Below, in pieces: positions 28,218 through 41,931 of a DNA stretch of 64,000 nt. Source of the stretch: Thermoanaerobaculia bacterium (GTDB taxonomy: Bacteria > Acidobacteriota > Thermoanaerobaculia > Multivoradales > JAGPDF01); the NCBI GenBank assembly GCA_036397015.1, contig DASWJT010000008.1, forward strand, positions 21,074 through 85,073, in the 5' to 3' direction. How positions within the stretch are numbered: the stretch's first letter is position 1; every line of letters starts with the position of its first letter. Made by a program: the position numbers and the translations under genes. The notes beneath the pieces are model-generated. The model saw only the letters and a program-made list of their open reading frames with translations, ran no database searches and was not told the origin of the DNA.

Positions 28218-28597
28218 GGAATCCGGGCGACGAGGTCGATCTCGACACGCGCGCCCTTGGGCAGGGCGGCGGCCTGCACCGTCGAGCGCGCCGGCTTGTG
28301 GTCGCCGAACGACTCGGCGTAGACCGCGTTGAGAGCGGGGAAATCGGCCATGTCGGCGAGGTAGACCGTCGCCTTGAGCACGTCCGCGAAACGGCAGCCG
28401 GCGGCGGCGAGGACGGCCTCGAGATTGGCGAAGACACGGCGCGCCTCGGCTCCGAAGCCGCCGCCGACGAGCTCGCCGCTCGCCGGGTCGAGCGCGATCT
28501 GTCCCGAGGTGTAGAGGATCCCGCCGTGCGATACCGCCTGCGAGTAGGGACCGATCGCGCGCGGCGCGCGGTCGGTGGCGTGCGCGGTGATGGTCAC
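28214..28597 (-). CDS. ridA: RidA (2-iminobutanoate/2-iminopropanoate deaminase)
   Basis: This is the C-terminal 127 aa of ORF 28214..28717: VTITAHATDRAPRAIGPYSQAV...LYTSGQIALDP...PARSTVQAAALPKGARVEIDLVA. The GTG at 28597 overlaps the hpt stop (GTGA). Confidence 0.88.
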   Translation of the reverse strand: MTITAHATDRAPRAIGPYSQAVSHGGILYTSGQIALDPASGELVGGGFGAEARRVFANLEAVLAAAGCRFADVLKATVYLADMADFPALNAVYAESFGDHKPARSTVQAAALPKGARVEIDLVARIP

Positions 28598-29154
28598 GAG
28601 GGCGCCTCCTTCTCGTCGATGAATTCGATCACGCCGATGTAGGGGAGATTGCGGTAGCGCTCGGCGTAGTCGAGGCCGAAGCCGACCACGAACTCGCGGC
28701 CGATGCGGAAGCCGCAATAGTCGATCGGCACCTCCGTCTCGCGCGCCTCGTGCTTGTCGAGCAAGGCGCAGAGCTTGACGCTGCGCGCGCCGCGGAAACG
28801 GAAGAGGTCGAGGATGGTGCGCAGCGTCCAGCCGGTGTCGACGATGTCCTCGACGAGGAGCACGTCGCGGCCGCGGATAGCGAGGTCGATGTCGCGCTTG
28901 ATGCGGATCTCGCCGGCGTTCGTCCCGGCGCCGTAGCTCGCGGTCTGGAAGAAATCGACCAGCACGGGCAGGTCGAGGCGCTGGACGAGAGTCGCGAAGA
29001 AGGGCACCGCGCCCTTGAGCACGCCGATCACCACCAGGTCGCGGGAGCCGCGGTAATCGCGATCGATCTGCGCCGCGAGCTCGGCGACGCGGCGCTGGAT
29101 CGCCTCGCTCGAGATCAGCTCGCGGACGCGATGGCGGGGGAGCTCGGCAGGCAT
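28594..29154 (-). CDS. hpt: Hypoxanthine phosphoribosyltransferase
   Basis: The 186-aa ORF reads ...VVIGVLKGAVPFFATL...VLLVEDIVDTGWTL (PRPP motif)...FVVGFGLDYAERYRNLPYIG. Confidence 0.92.
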   Translation of the reverse strand: MPAELPRHRVRELISSEAIQRRVAELAAQIDRDYRGSRDLVVIGVLKGAVPFFATLVQRLDLPVLVDFFQTASYGAGTNAGEIRIKRDIDLAIRGRDVLLVEDIVDTGWTLRTILDLFRFRGARSVKLCALLDKHEARETEVPIDYCGFRIGREFVVGFGLDYAERYRNLPYIGVIEFIDEKEAPS

Positions 29155-29187
29155 GGCTTAGAATCGCGACATTCTGCGGACCTTCAC

Positions 29188-30681
29188 GTGAGCGTTCAAG
29201 ACCTGCCCAGCCTGCACCGCCGCTACGTCGACCTCGGCGTCGAGTTCAAGGCGGCTTGGACCTTTCACCAGTTCCTGCAGGGTCTCCACAAGTTCTTCGC
29301 CAGCGCGTCGATCCCGGCCTATCCCACCGACCTGTCCGAGATTCACCAGACGCTCAAGCTCGTCTCCGAGCACCTCACCTCCAACCGCGGCGAGGGCGTG
29401 ACGGAGCTGCTCGATGGCGCTGCCCACCAGCTCGAGCAGACCGTCGCCATTCTCGCCGCCGCCGACGTCCGCGTCACGCCGCCGCTGCTGCGGCAATTTT
29501 TCGAGCGCGTCAAGAGCTACGATGACCAGATCCTAGCCCAGATGGTCCGCTTCTACCTCGGCCGCGCCGTCGAGGACGGGCTGGCGGGGGATCGGCTCGA
29601 CAAGGTCGATTTTCTGCTCACCAAAATGGGCGAAGAAATCGATCCGGTGACGGGCACGACCGGGCTGCGGTCCCCGACGCGGCTGCGGCCGATCTTCGAG
29701 GGATTCTGGCACGCGATCGAGGGCCTCGCCGCCGAGCCGGCGTGGGTCGAGGAGCGCAAGCTCGAGCTCGCCACCTTCCGCAAGGAGCTCGCGGCGGCCG
29801 AGAACATCGAGCAATTCACCGCCAGCCGGCTGGTGGCTCGCTACCGCGACGCCAAGCGCCTGCTCGGTCGCTACCTCTTCCATCCCGAGATCGTGCTCGC
29901 CGTGGTCGAGACGAACCTCGCCTTCAAGCGCAAGATCCACAGCGAGTTCAAGGCCGAGGAGGGGCGCATCCTCAAGGAGTCGCAACGCATTCTGGCGGCC
30001 GAGGAGGCGTTCCTGGGCTCGGCCACCGGCACCGATCTGAGCGCGCTGCGGCGCGCCTACGACGAGGTGGAGCGCAACCAGCGGGCGGACAATCTCAAGC
30101 TCGAGGATCTCTCCTTCCTGCGCCGGGAGATCGAGGAGCTGCGGCCGCGCCTGCTGAGCGCGGATCGCGGCACGCCGTCGCCGCGGCTCGACCAGCTGGA
30201 CGTCGGCCCCGCGCACGAGCTCGTCGCTCCCTTCCTCTCCGAGATCGTTTCCGCGCTCGAAGGCACCGACAATCGCGCCAGCGCCAAGGAGGCCGCGCTC
30301 TCGCGCGACCTCTTCCACCTCCGCCTGGAAGCGCGCGAGGTGCAGGCGTTCCGTCGCCTCTACGTCGTCGCCGAGGGCGACGCCGAGCTCGAGCGATTCA
30401 TCCTCGAGGCGGCGGCCCTGCGCCAGCGCGTCGTGGCGGAAGCGAGCGAGATCTCGGGCCTGCTCGACGAGTCGATGGTCACCCGCGAAGCGCCGATCTT
30501 CGAGCAGGCACGCCGCACGACCCGGCTGGCGGAAGAGTACGTCGGCCGCTTCGGCGAGCTGGCCGACGAGGCCGTGCGCAAGGGGGCGTTCGCCGAGGCC
30601 CAGCAGCTGCAGCTGCTGCGCATGCGCCTGCTGCGCGACTACGCGGGGCTCTGGCTCCTCGCCCACCGCCCGACGGGCTGA
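29188..30681 (+). CDS. Conserved-looking hypothetical protein, about 497 aa, helical/coiled-coil rich
   Basis: This is the 3' two-thirds of ORF 28750..30681. The start is set at the in-frame GTG 29188, just past the divergent hpt start. The sequence is normal and protein-like (FHQFLQGLHKFF...MVRFYLGRAVEDGLAG...). It has no TM segment and I recognise no motif. Confidence 0.6.
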   Translation: MSVQDLPSLHRRYVDLGVEFKAAWTFHQFLQGLHKFFASASIPAYPTDLSEIHQTLKLVSEHLTSNRGEGVTELLDGAAHQLEQTVAILAAADVRVTPPLLRQFFERVKSYDDQILAQMVRFYLGRAVEDGLAGDRLDKVDFLLTKMGEEIDPVTGTTGLRSPTRLRPIFEGFWHAIEGLAAEPAWVEERKLELATFRKELAAAENIEQFTASRLVARYRDAKRLLGRYLFHPEIVLAVVETNLAFKRKIHSEFKAEEGRILKESQRILAAEEAFLGSATGTDLSALRRAYDEVERNQRADNLKLEDLSFLRREIEELRPRLLSADRGTPSPRLDQLDVGPAHELVAPFLSEIVSALEGTDNRASAKEAALSRDLFHLRLEAREVQAFRRLYVVAEGDAELERFILEAAALRQRVVAEASEISGLLDESMVTREAPIFEQARRTTRLAEEYVGRFGELADEAVRKGAFAEAQQLQLLRMRLLRDYAGLWLLAHRPTG

Positions 30682-30703
30682 GAGCCGGCGCGATCCGGGT
30701 GCG

Positions 30704-31540
30704 TCAGAGCTCGGGGTCGGCGAGCAGGGCGGCGAGCAGGGCGGCGACGCGCGCGGCGGCGGTGCGTCCGGCGCGCAGCACGTCCTCGTGGTCGAGAGGC
30801 TCCGCGTCGACGCCGGCGGCCGGATTGGTGACCAGCGAGAGCGCCAGGCAGCGGAGGCCGAGATGGCGCGCGGCGATCACCTCGAGCACGGTCGACATTC
30901 CCGCCAGGTCGGCGCCCAGCGTGCGCAGCATGCGGACCTCGGCGGGGGTCTCGTAGCTGGGCCCGGCGAGCCCGGCGTAGACGCCGGTGTCGAGCGCGAA
31001 GCCGAGCGCCTCGGCGTGCCGCCGTGCCAGCGCCACGAGAGCAGGGTCGTAAGCGTGAGCCATGTCGGGGAAGCGGGGCCCCCAGCTCGCCGGGGGCTCG
31101 CCGCTCAGCGGGTTGAGCCCGGTGAGGTTGAGGTGGTCGCGGATCGCCACCAGCTTCCCGGCCGACCAGTCGGTGCGGACGCCGCCGGCGGCGTTGGTGA
31201 GGACGAGGACGCGGGCGCCGAGCAGCGCCGCGAAGCGCACCTGGAAGGCGACGTCGGCGGCGGCGTAGCCCTGGTAGGCGTGGACGCGGCCGCGGAAGTA
31301 GAGGACGTGGCGGCCCGCCGTCGGCGAGAACAGCTCGAGCGCATGGTCGTGGCCGGCGATCGAGCGCACCGGGAACGGCGCCCAGTCGGCGAAGGGCTCG
31401 GGTCCGGCGACCGGCTCGCCGAGCGCGATCGAGAGGCCGGAGCCGGCGACCAGCGCGATGTCGGGACGCGGCCGCCCGCGAGCGAGCCAGCGCTCGCAGG
31501 CGGCCTGTAGCTCTCGCTCCCGGTGGCTCACGGCGCGCAT
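30704..31540 (-). CDS. punA: Purine nucleoside phosphorylase (trimeric PNP/MTAP family)
   Basis: The 278-aa ORF contains ALVAGSGLS, VLVLTNAAGG, GPSYETPAE and LGADLAGMSTVLEV. Confidence 0.85.
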   Translation of the reverse strand: MRAVSHRERELQAACERWLARGRPRPDIALVAGSGLSIALGEPVAGPEPFADWAPFPVRSIAGHDHALELFSPTAGRHVLYFRGRVHAYQGYAAADVAFQVRFAALLGARVLVLTNAAGGVRTDWSAGKLVAIRDHLNLTGLNPLSGEPPASWGPRFPDMAHAYDPALVALARRHAEALGFALDTGVYAGLAGPSYETPAEVRMLRTLGADLAGMSTVLEVIAARHLGLRCLALSLVTNPAAGVDAEPLDHEDVLRAGRTAAARVAALLAALLADPEL

Positions 31541-31574
31541 CGTAGCAGCGGATTCGCGTTATCCTTTCCTGCCC

Positions 31575-33097
<1,523 letters not shown>

Positions 33098-33101
<4 letters not shown>

Positions 33102-34273
33102 ACCGCAGCTTCGCGGTCGAGCTCGCCCTGCGCTACCTGCGCAGCGCCCGGCGCGACGCCTTCACCAGCTTCCTTTCCGCCGTCGCCGCCGGCGGCATTG
33201 GCCTCGGCGTCGCGGCGCTGGTCGTCGCCCTCGCCGCGCTCGCCGGCATGCAGGGAGTGCTGCGCGACGAAATCCTCTCGCGCACGCCGTCGCTGGCGGT
33301 CACGGTCGCACCGGAGGCAGACCCGTTCGAAATCGAGCGGACGCTCGCGGGTCAGGCGGAGGTCGAGTCGGTGCAGCGCGTGATCGAGGGGCGGGGCTGG
33401 GTGCTCGGCGCCGGCACGGCGCTGCCGGTGAAGCTCCTCGGGCACCAGGGCGCGCCGCCGCGCTCGCTGCCCGGGCTCGCCCCGGAGGCGCGGCCGGGCC
33501 TCTATCTTCCCGACCGCATGGCGACGCGCCTCGGCATCGCACCCGGCGAGGTCGTGCAGCTCGCCTCCGCGCGCCCGAGCCTGACGCCGCTCGGGCCGCG
33601 GCCCCGGCTGCTGACGATGCGCCTCGAGGGCGTCCACACCGCCGGCGCGATCGAGGAAGACGCGGTCGTCGCGCTGCCCATCGAGCGCGCCGAGATCCTG
33701 CTCGGCCGCGAGCGCGCGAGCCGCTTCTACGTCTTCACCGCCGATCTCGCCTCGGCGCTCGCGCTGGCGGCCCGGCTGCCGGCACTGCTGCCCGCGGCGA
33801 GCCGCGTCGAGACCTGGCGCGAGCTCAATCGCCCGCTCTTCCTGGCGCTCACGCTCGAGCGCACGGTGCTCTTCGTCGCCGTGTCGCTGATCGTCGCGGT
33901 GGCGGCGCTGGCGCTGTTTTCGGATCTGCAGCTGGTGGCATCGACCAAGCGCCGCGAGCTAGCCCTGCTGGCGGCGATGGGCGCCGACGAGCGGACGCTG
34001 CGCCGCGCCTTCGTCTGGCTGGGCTTGATCCTCGGCGGCGGGGCGGCGGTGACGGGGGGCGTCGTCGGCGCCGCGGCGGCGTGGGCGCTCGACCGTTGGC
34101 AGCTGGTGCGGCTACCGCCGGGGCTGCTCGTTTTCGAGGCGCTGCCGTTCGCGCTGCGGCCGGCCGATCTCGCCGCCGTCGTCGGCGTGACGCTGGCACT
34201 CACCCTCGCCTGCGCCGCCTACGCCGCGACGCGGGCGGCGCGCCTGGTGCCGGCCGAGGCTTTGCGCGCATGA
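33098..34273 (+). CDS. Lipoprotein-releasing system permease (LolC/LolE, FtsX-like)
   Basis: The 391-aa ORF starts MNRSFAVELALRYLRS...FLSAVAAGGIGLGVAALVV. The FtsX C-terminal 3-TM module has the RELALLAAMGA motif. The start overlaps the lysS stop. Confidence 0.85.
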
Positions 34274-34953
34274 GCGTGGCAGTGCGCGTCCGTGGCCTGT
34301 GCAAATCGTTTCGCGATGCGACGCGGACGGTGGAGGTCTTGCGCGGCGCGGAGTTCGCGCTCGAGCCGGGCGAGGTCGCCGCCGTGGTCGGCCCTTCGGG
34401 CTCCGGCAAATCGACGCTCTTGCACCTGCTCGGCGGCCTCGAGCGTGCCGATGCGGGCGAGATCGAGATCGGCGGGCGGCGCATCGACCGGCTCGATGCA
34501 GCCGAGCTCGCCGCGATGCGCAACCGCACGATCGGCTACGTCTTCCAGTTCCATCAGCTGCTCGCCGACTTCACCGCGCTCGAAAACGTGGCGCTGCCGG
34601 GCCGCATCGCCGGGCGCTCCGGCGCCGAGCTGCGCGACCGCGCCGCCGGGCTGCTCGCCGAGGTCGGGCTGGGCGAGCTGTTCGACCGCTTCCCGGGCCA
34701 GCTCTCCGGCGGCGAGCAGCAGCGCGTCGCAATCTGCCGCGCGCTCCTGCTCGAGCCACCCCTGGTGCTCGCCGACGAGCCCACGGGCAGCCTCGATCCG
34801 GCCTCGGGCAGCGTCGTCTTCGATCTCCTGCTCGACCTGCAGCGGCGCCACGGCACCACCGCCCTGGTGGTCACGCACAACCCGGAGCTGGCCCGCCGCT
34901 GTGCTAGGATCCTGACCCTCGAGGATGGCGTGATCCGGAGCGGAAATCTCTGA
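34270..34953 (+). CDS. lolD: Lipoprotein-releasing system ATP-binding protein
   Basis: ATG 34270 overlaps the permease stop (ATGA). It has GPSGSGKSTLL, the signature LSGGEQQRVAICRAL and Walker B LVLADEPTG. Confidence 0.9.
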   Translation: MSVAVRVRGLCKSFRDATRTVEVLRGAEFALEPGEVAAVVGPSGSGKSTLLHLLGGLERADAGEIEIGGRRIDRLDAAELAAMRNRTIGYVFQFHQLLADFTALENVALPGRIAGRSGAELRDRAAGLLAEVGLGELFDRFPGQLSGGEQQRVAICRALLLEPPLVLADEPTGSLDPASGSVVFDLLLDLQRRHGTTALVVTHNPELARRCARILTLEDGVIRSGNL

Positions 34954-34999
34954 ATCCGGAGCACTTCCGGGATCCGCACGAGGGCGAGGACGAGGAGCG

Positions 35000-37423
<2,424 letters not shown>

Positions 37424-37480
37424 ACGGGCCGGTATCGGCCTTGCAAGCTTGTGGGACCTCTTGGGGACCGAGGGGGAGGA

Positions 37481-39853
37481 ATGCGCATTCGGAAGATCTG
37501 GGCCGTCGTCGCCGTCCTCTTCCTGGCGCCGGCCGGACTGGCGGCGCAGGAGATCGTGCGCGAAATCGAGATCCGTGGCCTGCGCGCGCTGGCCGACGAG
37601 ACCCTGCGCTTCTACCTCGGGCTCGAGCAGGGCGTGGCGCTCGACGAGGCGGCGCTCGACCGCAGCATCCGCGAGCTCTGGGAGCGCCGGCTGATCGACG
37701 ACATCCAGATCGAGCGCTCGCCGGTCGCCGGGGGCATTCGGCTCGTGGTGACCGTCGTCGAGAGGCCGGTCCTGCGCTCGATCGACTACGAGGGCCTGAA
37801 GGGGATCTCGCGCACCGACCTCAACGAGCGGCTGGCCAAGGAGCAGGTCAGCGTGCGCGAGGGCGAGCCGCTCGACCTCGGCGAGATCGCGCGGCTCGAG
37901 AGCCTTCTCGAATCGATGTACCGAGACAAGGGATTCCGCTTCGCCGACGCCACCTATCGTCTCGAGGAGGTCGGACCCGGCGAGCGCCGGGTGGTCTTCC
38001 AGATCGAGGAGAACGAGAAGGTGCGGATCGGCAGGATCCGCTTCGACGGCAACGAGGTCTTCGGCGACTGGCGGCTGAAGTGGACGATGAAGAAGACCAA
38101 GGAGACCGGTCTCGTCATGCGCCTGCTCAAGAAAGACATCTATAGCCCGGCGACGATCGCCGAAGACCTGGTCAAGGTGCGAGATCTCTACCGCGGCGTC
38201 GGTTACAAGCGCGTCCAGATCGGCGAGCCGCAGCTGTCGGTGATCGAGAAGGGAAGCAGGCGGCGGCTGGGCATCGCGCTCGCGGTCGACGAAGGCGAGC
38301 GCTGGAAGTTGGGTGAGATCCGCGTCGAGGGCAACGAGTTCTTCCAGGAGAAGCCGCTGCTCGCCCAGTTCAAGCGCCCGCGCGGCGGCTGGCTGCGCGC
38401 GAAGGCGATCGAGGAGGGCGTCGACGGCGTGCGCGACCTCTACCGCAACACCGGGCACATCATGGCCGATGTGCGCAACGAGCTCGTCGAGCGCGAGAGC
38501 AACGTCGCCGATCTGCAGCTGAAGATCGAGGAGGGCGAGCAGTTCCGCGTCGGACGCCTCGAGTTCCAGGGCAACTCGCGGACGCGCGACAAGGTGCTGC
38601 GCCGCGAGTTCCGCGTCCAGGAGAGCATGCTGCTCAACATGGGCGCGGTCAAGAACAGCCTCTTCAAGATCAACCAGCTCAACTATTTCGAGCTCGACGA
38701 GGACGATCCGGTGGCCTTCGAGAACTTCGACACCGAGAACAAGACCGTCGACTTGCTCGTGCACGGCGAGGAGGCGGACCGCACGGAGCTGCAAGTCGGC
38801 GGCGGCTGGAGCGAGGCGTTCGGCTTCTTCGGCCAGGTCTCGGTGCGAACGCAGAACTTCCTCGGGCGCGGCGAGAGCGTCGGCGTCTCGGTGCAGTCGG
38901 GCCGCTACAGCGACCAGTACGACGTCTCGTACTCGATCCCGTGGTTCCTCGACCGACCGCAGTCGATCGGGCTCCAGGTGTTCGACAGCAAGGTCGACTA
39001 CACGCAGCTCTCCTCCTTCGAGAACAGCCAGGCGGCGACGGGCGCGGTGCTCACCTACGGCCGCAATCTCGGCTTCTTCCAGCAGTTCGCGGTGTCGTAC
39101 AGTTGGTTCGACCGCGAGGACCGCGTCTCGGTGCTCGGTGCCGACGGCGCCATCGTGCCGCTGACCTTCGACGTCGAGAACTCCTCGCTGCGGCCGGTCT
39201 ATTCCTTCGACAGTCGTGACAACCGCCTGGAGCCGACGGTCGGCAAGAGGTTGACGGCCTCTCTGGAGTACGCCGGCGGCCTCCTCGGCGGCAACAACTA
39301 CTTCGTGCGGCCGGAGATCGGTGCCAGCTGGTTCCGACCCGTGACCTCCGTGCCCCTGCGCTCGGTCTTCGCGGCCAACGTCAGGGCGGGATGGATCGAG
39401 CCGATCGAGGGCCGCGCGATCGTTCCCCTCGAGCGCTACTTCCTGGGGGGCGAGAGCAACATCCGCGGCTTCGACTTCCGCGACCTCACGGTGCGCTGCG
39501 AAGGCGGCGAGCCCTACCCCGGCCGGCCCCTCATACCGTGCCGGAAGGACGAGCGCCTGATCGACTCGACGGGCGCCCTGCTCGGCGGCGACCGCTTCCT
39601 GCAGCTCAACTTGGAGTACCATCTGCTCCTCGGCGGGCCGTTCCGCATCATCGGGTTCTTCGACGCCGCCAACGTCTTCGGCGCCGACCAGTCGATCGAT
39701 GTCGGTCGTCTGCGCCAGACGGCCGGTGCCGAGCTGAGGATCTTCGTGCCCGTCTTCGGTGCCCCGCTGCGCTTCATCTACGCCACCAATCTCGACCCCC
39801 TGCCGGACGACCGCTTCGAGGGCTTCCAGTTCAGCATCGGAGCGACCTTCTGA
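37481..39853 (+). CDS. bamA: Outer membrane protein assembly factor BamA
   Basis: ATG 37481 in ORF 37451..39853 gives MRIRKIWAVVAVLFLAPAGLAAQ (signal). POTRA repeats follow (IEIRGL..., IRFDGN..., IRVEGN..., LEFQGN...). The C-terminal beta-barrel ends ...FQFSIGATF. Confidence 0.93.
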   Translation: MRIRKIWAVVAVLFLAPAGLAAQEIVREIEIRGLRALADETLRFYLGLEQGVALDEAALDRSIRELWERRLIDDIQIERSPVAGGIRLVVTVVERPVLRSIDYEGLKGISRTDLNERLAKEQVSVREGEPLDLGEIARLESLLESMYRDKGFRFADATYRLEEVGPGERRVVFQIEENEKVRIGRIRFDGNEVFGDWRLKWTMKKTKETGLVMRLLKKDIYSPATIAEDLVKVRDLYRGVGYKRVQIGEPQLSVIEKGSRRRLGIALAVDEGERWKLGEIRVEGNEFFQEKPLLAQFKRPRGGWLRAKAIEEGVDGVRDLYRNTGHIMADVRNELVERESNVADLQLKIEEGEQFRVGRLEFQGNSRTRDKVLRREFRVQESMLLNMGAVKNSLFKINQLNYFELDEDDPVAFENFDTENKTVDLLVHGEEADRTELQVGGGWSEAFGFFGQVSVRTQNFLGRGESVGVSVQSGRYSDQYDVSYSIPWFLDRPQSIGLQVFDSKVDYTQLSSFENSQAATGAVLTYGRNLGFFQQFAVSYSWFDREDRVSVLGADGAIVPLTFDVENSSLRPVYSFDSRDNRLEPTVGKRLTASLEYAGGLLGGNNYFVRPEIGASWFRPVTSVPLRSVFAANVRAGWIEPIEGRAIVPLERYFLGGESNIRGFDFRDLTVRCEGGEPYPGRPLIPCRKDERLIDSTGALLGGDRFLQLNLEYHLLLGGPFRIIGFFDAANVFGADQSIDVGRLRQTAGAELRIFVPVFGAPLRFIYATNLDPLPDDRFEGFQFSIGATF

Positions 39854-39881
39854 CCCGTCTGCGTTTGCAAGGAGACGCCCC

Positions 39882-40433
39882 ATGAATCACCGTCTCGCGG
39901 CCCGCTGCCTGCTGGCGGCAGCCGCTCTCTCGCTCGCCGCCACCAACGCCGCGCTCGCTCAGGCCGGTCGCATCGGCATCGTCGATACGCGCCGGCTGCT
40001 GACCGGATCGAACGCTGGCAAGCAGGTGATCGCGCGCCTCGACAAGATCGCCGAGGAGAAGGGTGCCCAGCTCAAGCCCCGCCAGGACGAGATCCAGGCG
40101 CTGCAGAAGCGCATCGCCGACGGTCGGGTCTCGCTCTCCGAGGACAAGCTGATGCAGATGCAGCGCGAGCTCGAGGAGAAGGTGACGGCGGCGAAGCGGC
40201 TGCGCGAAGACCTGCAACGCGAGATGGAGCAGATCCAAGGCTCGGCCTTCGACGAGTTCGAGCGCAAGGTCGCGCCGGTCGTCGAGGCCTACGGTAAGGA
40301 AGGGGGCTTCCTCTTCATCCTCAACATCGGCTTCTTCAACCAGCCGAACCTGCCCTCCGGAATCGTCTGGGCCGATGCCGCCGCCGACGTCACCGAAGAG
40401 CTCATCCGCCGCATCGACGCCGGCGTCTCCTGA
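39882..40433 (+). CDS. skp: Periplasmic chaperone Skp/OmpH
   Basis: ATG 39882 is preceded by aaggag. The product has a signal peptide MNHRLAARCLLAAAALSLAATNAALAQ and a coiled-coil body (KQVIARLDKIAEEKGAQLKPRQDEIQALQKR...). Confidence 0.85.
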   Translation: MNHRLAARCLLAAAALSLAATNAALAQAGRIGIVDTRRLLTGSNAGKQVIARLDKIAEEKGAQLKPRQDEIQALQKRIADGRVSLSEDKLMQMQRELEEKVTAAKRLREDLQREMEQIQGSAFDEFERKVAPVVEAYGKEGGFLFILNIGFFNQPNLPSGIVWADAAADVTEELIRRIDAGVS

Positions 40434-40436
40434 AGC

Positions 40437-41471
40437 GTGAGCTGGACGCTCGGCGAGCTCGCCCGCCGGGTCGACGGCGATGTGCGCGGAGACCCCGGGC
40501 GCGTCGTCGAGCGCATTCGCCCGCTCGCCGAGGCCGGCGCCGCGGATCTCTCCTTCGTCACCGCCGCCAAGCACCTGGCGGCAGCTCGCCGCAGCGGCGC
40601 CGGGGCGCTCGTCGTGGCGAGCTCGGCGCCCGAGTTGGAGGTCGACCAGATTCGCGTCGCCGATCCGGCGCGCGCGCTAGCGGCTCTGCTCGAGCTCTTT
40701 CACCCGCCGACGCGACCGGCGCCGGGAGTCCATCCGACAGCGGTGGTGGGAGAAGGCGCCACGGTCGCGGCCGACGCCTCGATCGGCCCGTACGCCGTCG
40801 TCGGCAGGGACGCTTCGATCGGCGAGAGCGCCGTGCTCCACTCGCACGTCGTGGTCGGAGAGCGTTGCACGGTCGGCCCACGCTCGGTGCTCCATCCGCA
40901 CGTCGTGCTCTATCCCGGCGTGCGGCTGGGCGCCGAAGTCGAGGTCCACGCCGGCTCGGTGCTCGGCGCCGACGGCTTCGGCTACGCGTCGTCGGCGGAC
41001 GGGCACCGCAAGATCCCACAGGTCGGCGGGCTCGAGGTCGGCGATCGAGTCGAGGTCGGCGCCCTGAGCGCGATCGACCGCGGCGCGCTGGTCGACACCC
41101 GCGTCGGCGAGGGCACCAAGGTCGACAACCTCGTACAGGTCGGACACAATGTGCAGATCGGGCGACACGTGCTGCTGTGCGGCCAGAGCGGGGTCGCCGG
41201 GAGCTCCACGCTCGGCGATTTCGTCGTGCTGGCGGGTCAGGTTGGCGTTGCCGATCACGTCGAGATCGGCGCCGGCGTGCAGGTGGCCGCGAAATCGGCG
41301 GTGCTGAGCAGCGTGCCGCCAGGAGGATCGGTGGCCGGCATTCCGGCCGTGGCGCTCGGCGAGTGGAAGCGACGCCGCGTGCTGGAGAGCAAGCTGGGCG
41401 AGATGTGGCGGCTGCTGCGGAGCCTGGCGCGGCGCCTGGGCGTCGAGGCAGCGAACGAGGGGGAAAAGTGA
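40437..41471 (+). CDS. lpxD: UDP-3-O-acylglucosamine N-acyltransferase
   Basis: The 344-aa ORF has hexapeptide repeats and sits in the canonical skp-lpxD-fabZ-lpxA context. Confidence 0.92.
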   Translation: MSWTLGELARRVDGDVRGDPGRVVERIRPLAEAGAADLSFVTAAKHLAAARRSGAGALVVASSAPELEVDQIRVADPARALAALLELFHPPTRPAPGVHPTAVVGEGATVAADASIGPYAVVGRDASIGESAVLHSHVVVGERCTVGPRSVLHPHVVLYPGVRLGAEVEVHAGSVLGADGFGYASSADGHRKIPQVGGLEVGDRVEVGALSAIDRGALVDTRVGEGTKVDNLVQVGHNVQIGRHVLLCGQSGVAGSSTLGDFVVLAGQVGVADHVEIGAGVQVAAKSAVLSSVPPGGSVAGIPAVALGEWKRRRVLESKLGEMWRLLRSLARRLGVEAANEGEK

Positions 41472-41472
41472 G

Positions 41473-41931
41473 GTGAGCGGAGGCGTTCGCGACGTGCGAT
41501 GGGTGATGTCGGTGCTGCCGCACCGCTATCCGTTGCTGCTCATCGACCGCGTGCTGGCGATCGAGCCCGGGCGCAGCATCGTGGCGATCAAGAACTTCAC
41601 CGTCAACGAGGAGTTCTTCCAAGGCCACTTCCCGGAGCATCCGATCGTGCCCGGCGTGCTGCTCGTCGAAGCGATGGCGCAGGCCGGCGGCCTGCTGCTG
41701 CTGCACGACGATCCGCACCGCGACGAGAAGCTGCTTTACTTCGGCGCCATCGAGCGCGCCCGCTTCCGGCGCCCGGTCGTGCCGGGCGATCAGGTCCGCT
41801 TCGAAGTCGAGGTGCTGCGCTTGAAAGCGGCGCACGCCAAGCTGTCGGCGAAGGCGCTGGTCGACGGCGTGCTGCACGCCGAGGCCGAGCTGCTCTCGAC
41901 CTTCGTGCCGCGCGGCGCCGCCGCGAAATGA
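41473..41931 (+). CDS. fabZ: 3-hydroxyacyl-ACP dehydratase
   Basis: The 152-aa ORF contains [13 protein letters not shown]...[26 protein letters not shown]. Confidence 0.93.
   Translation: MSGGVRDVRWVMSVLPHRYPLLLIDRVLAIEPGRSIVAIKNFTVNEEFFQGHFPEHPIVPGVLLVEAMAQAGGLLLLHDDPHRDEKLLYFGAIERARFRRPVVPGDQVRFEVEVLRLKAAHAKLSAKALVDGVLHAEAELLSTFVPRGAAAK

Noticed and set aside
34955-34978. Small hairpins after lolD (CCGGA-GCACT-TCCGG) and after clpC (GGCCG-GTAT-CGGCC at about 37428-37441) as intrinsic terminators.
   Set aside because: The stems are only 5 bp with no T-tract. They are indistinguishable from random GC-rich palindromes.
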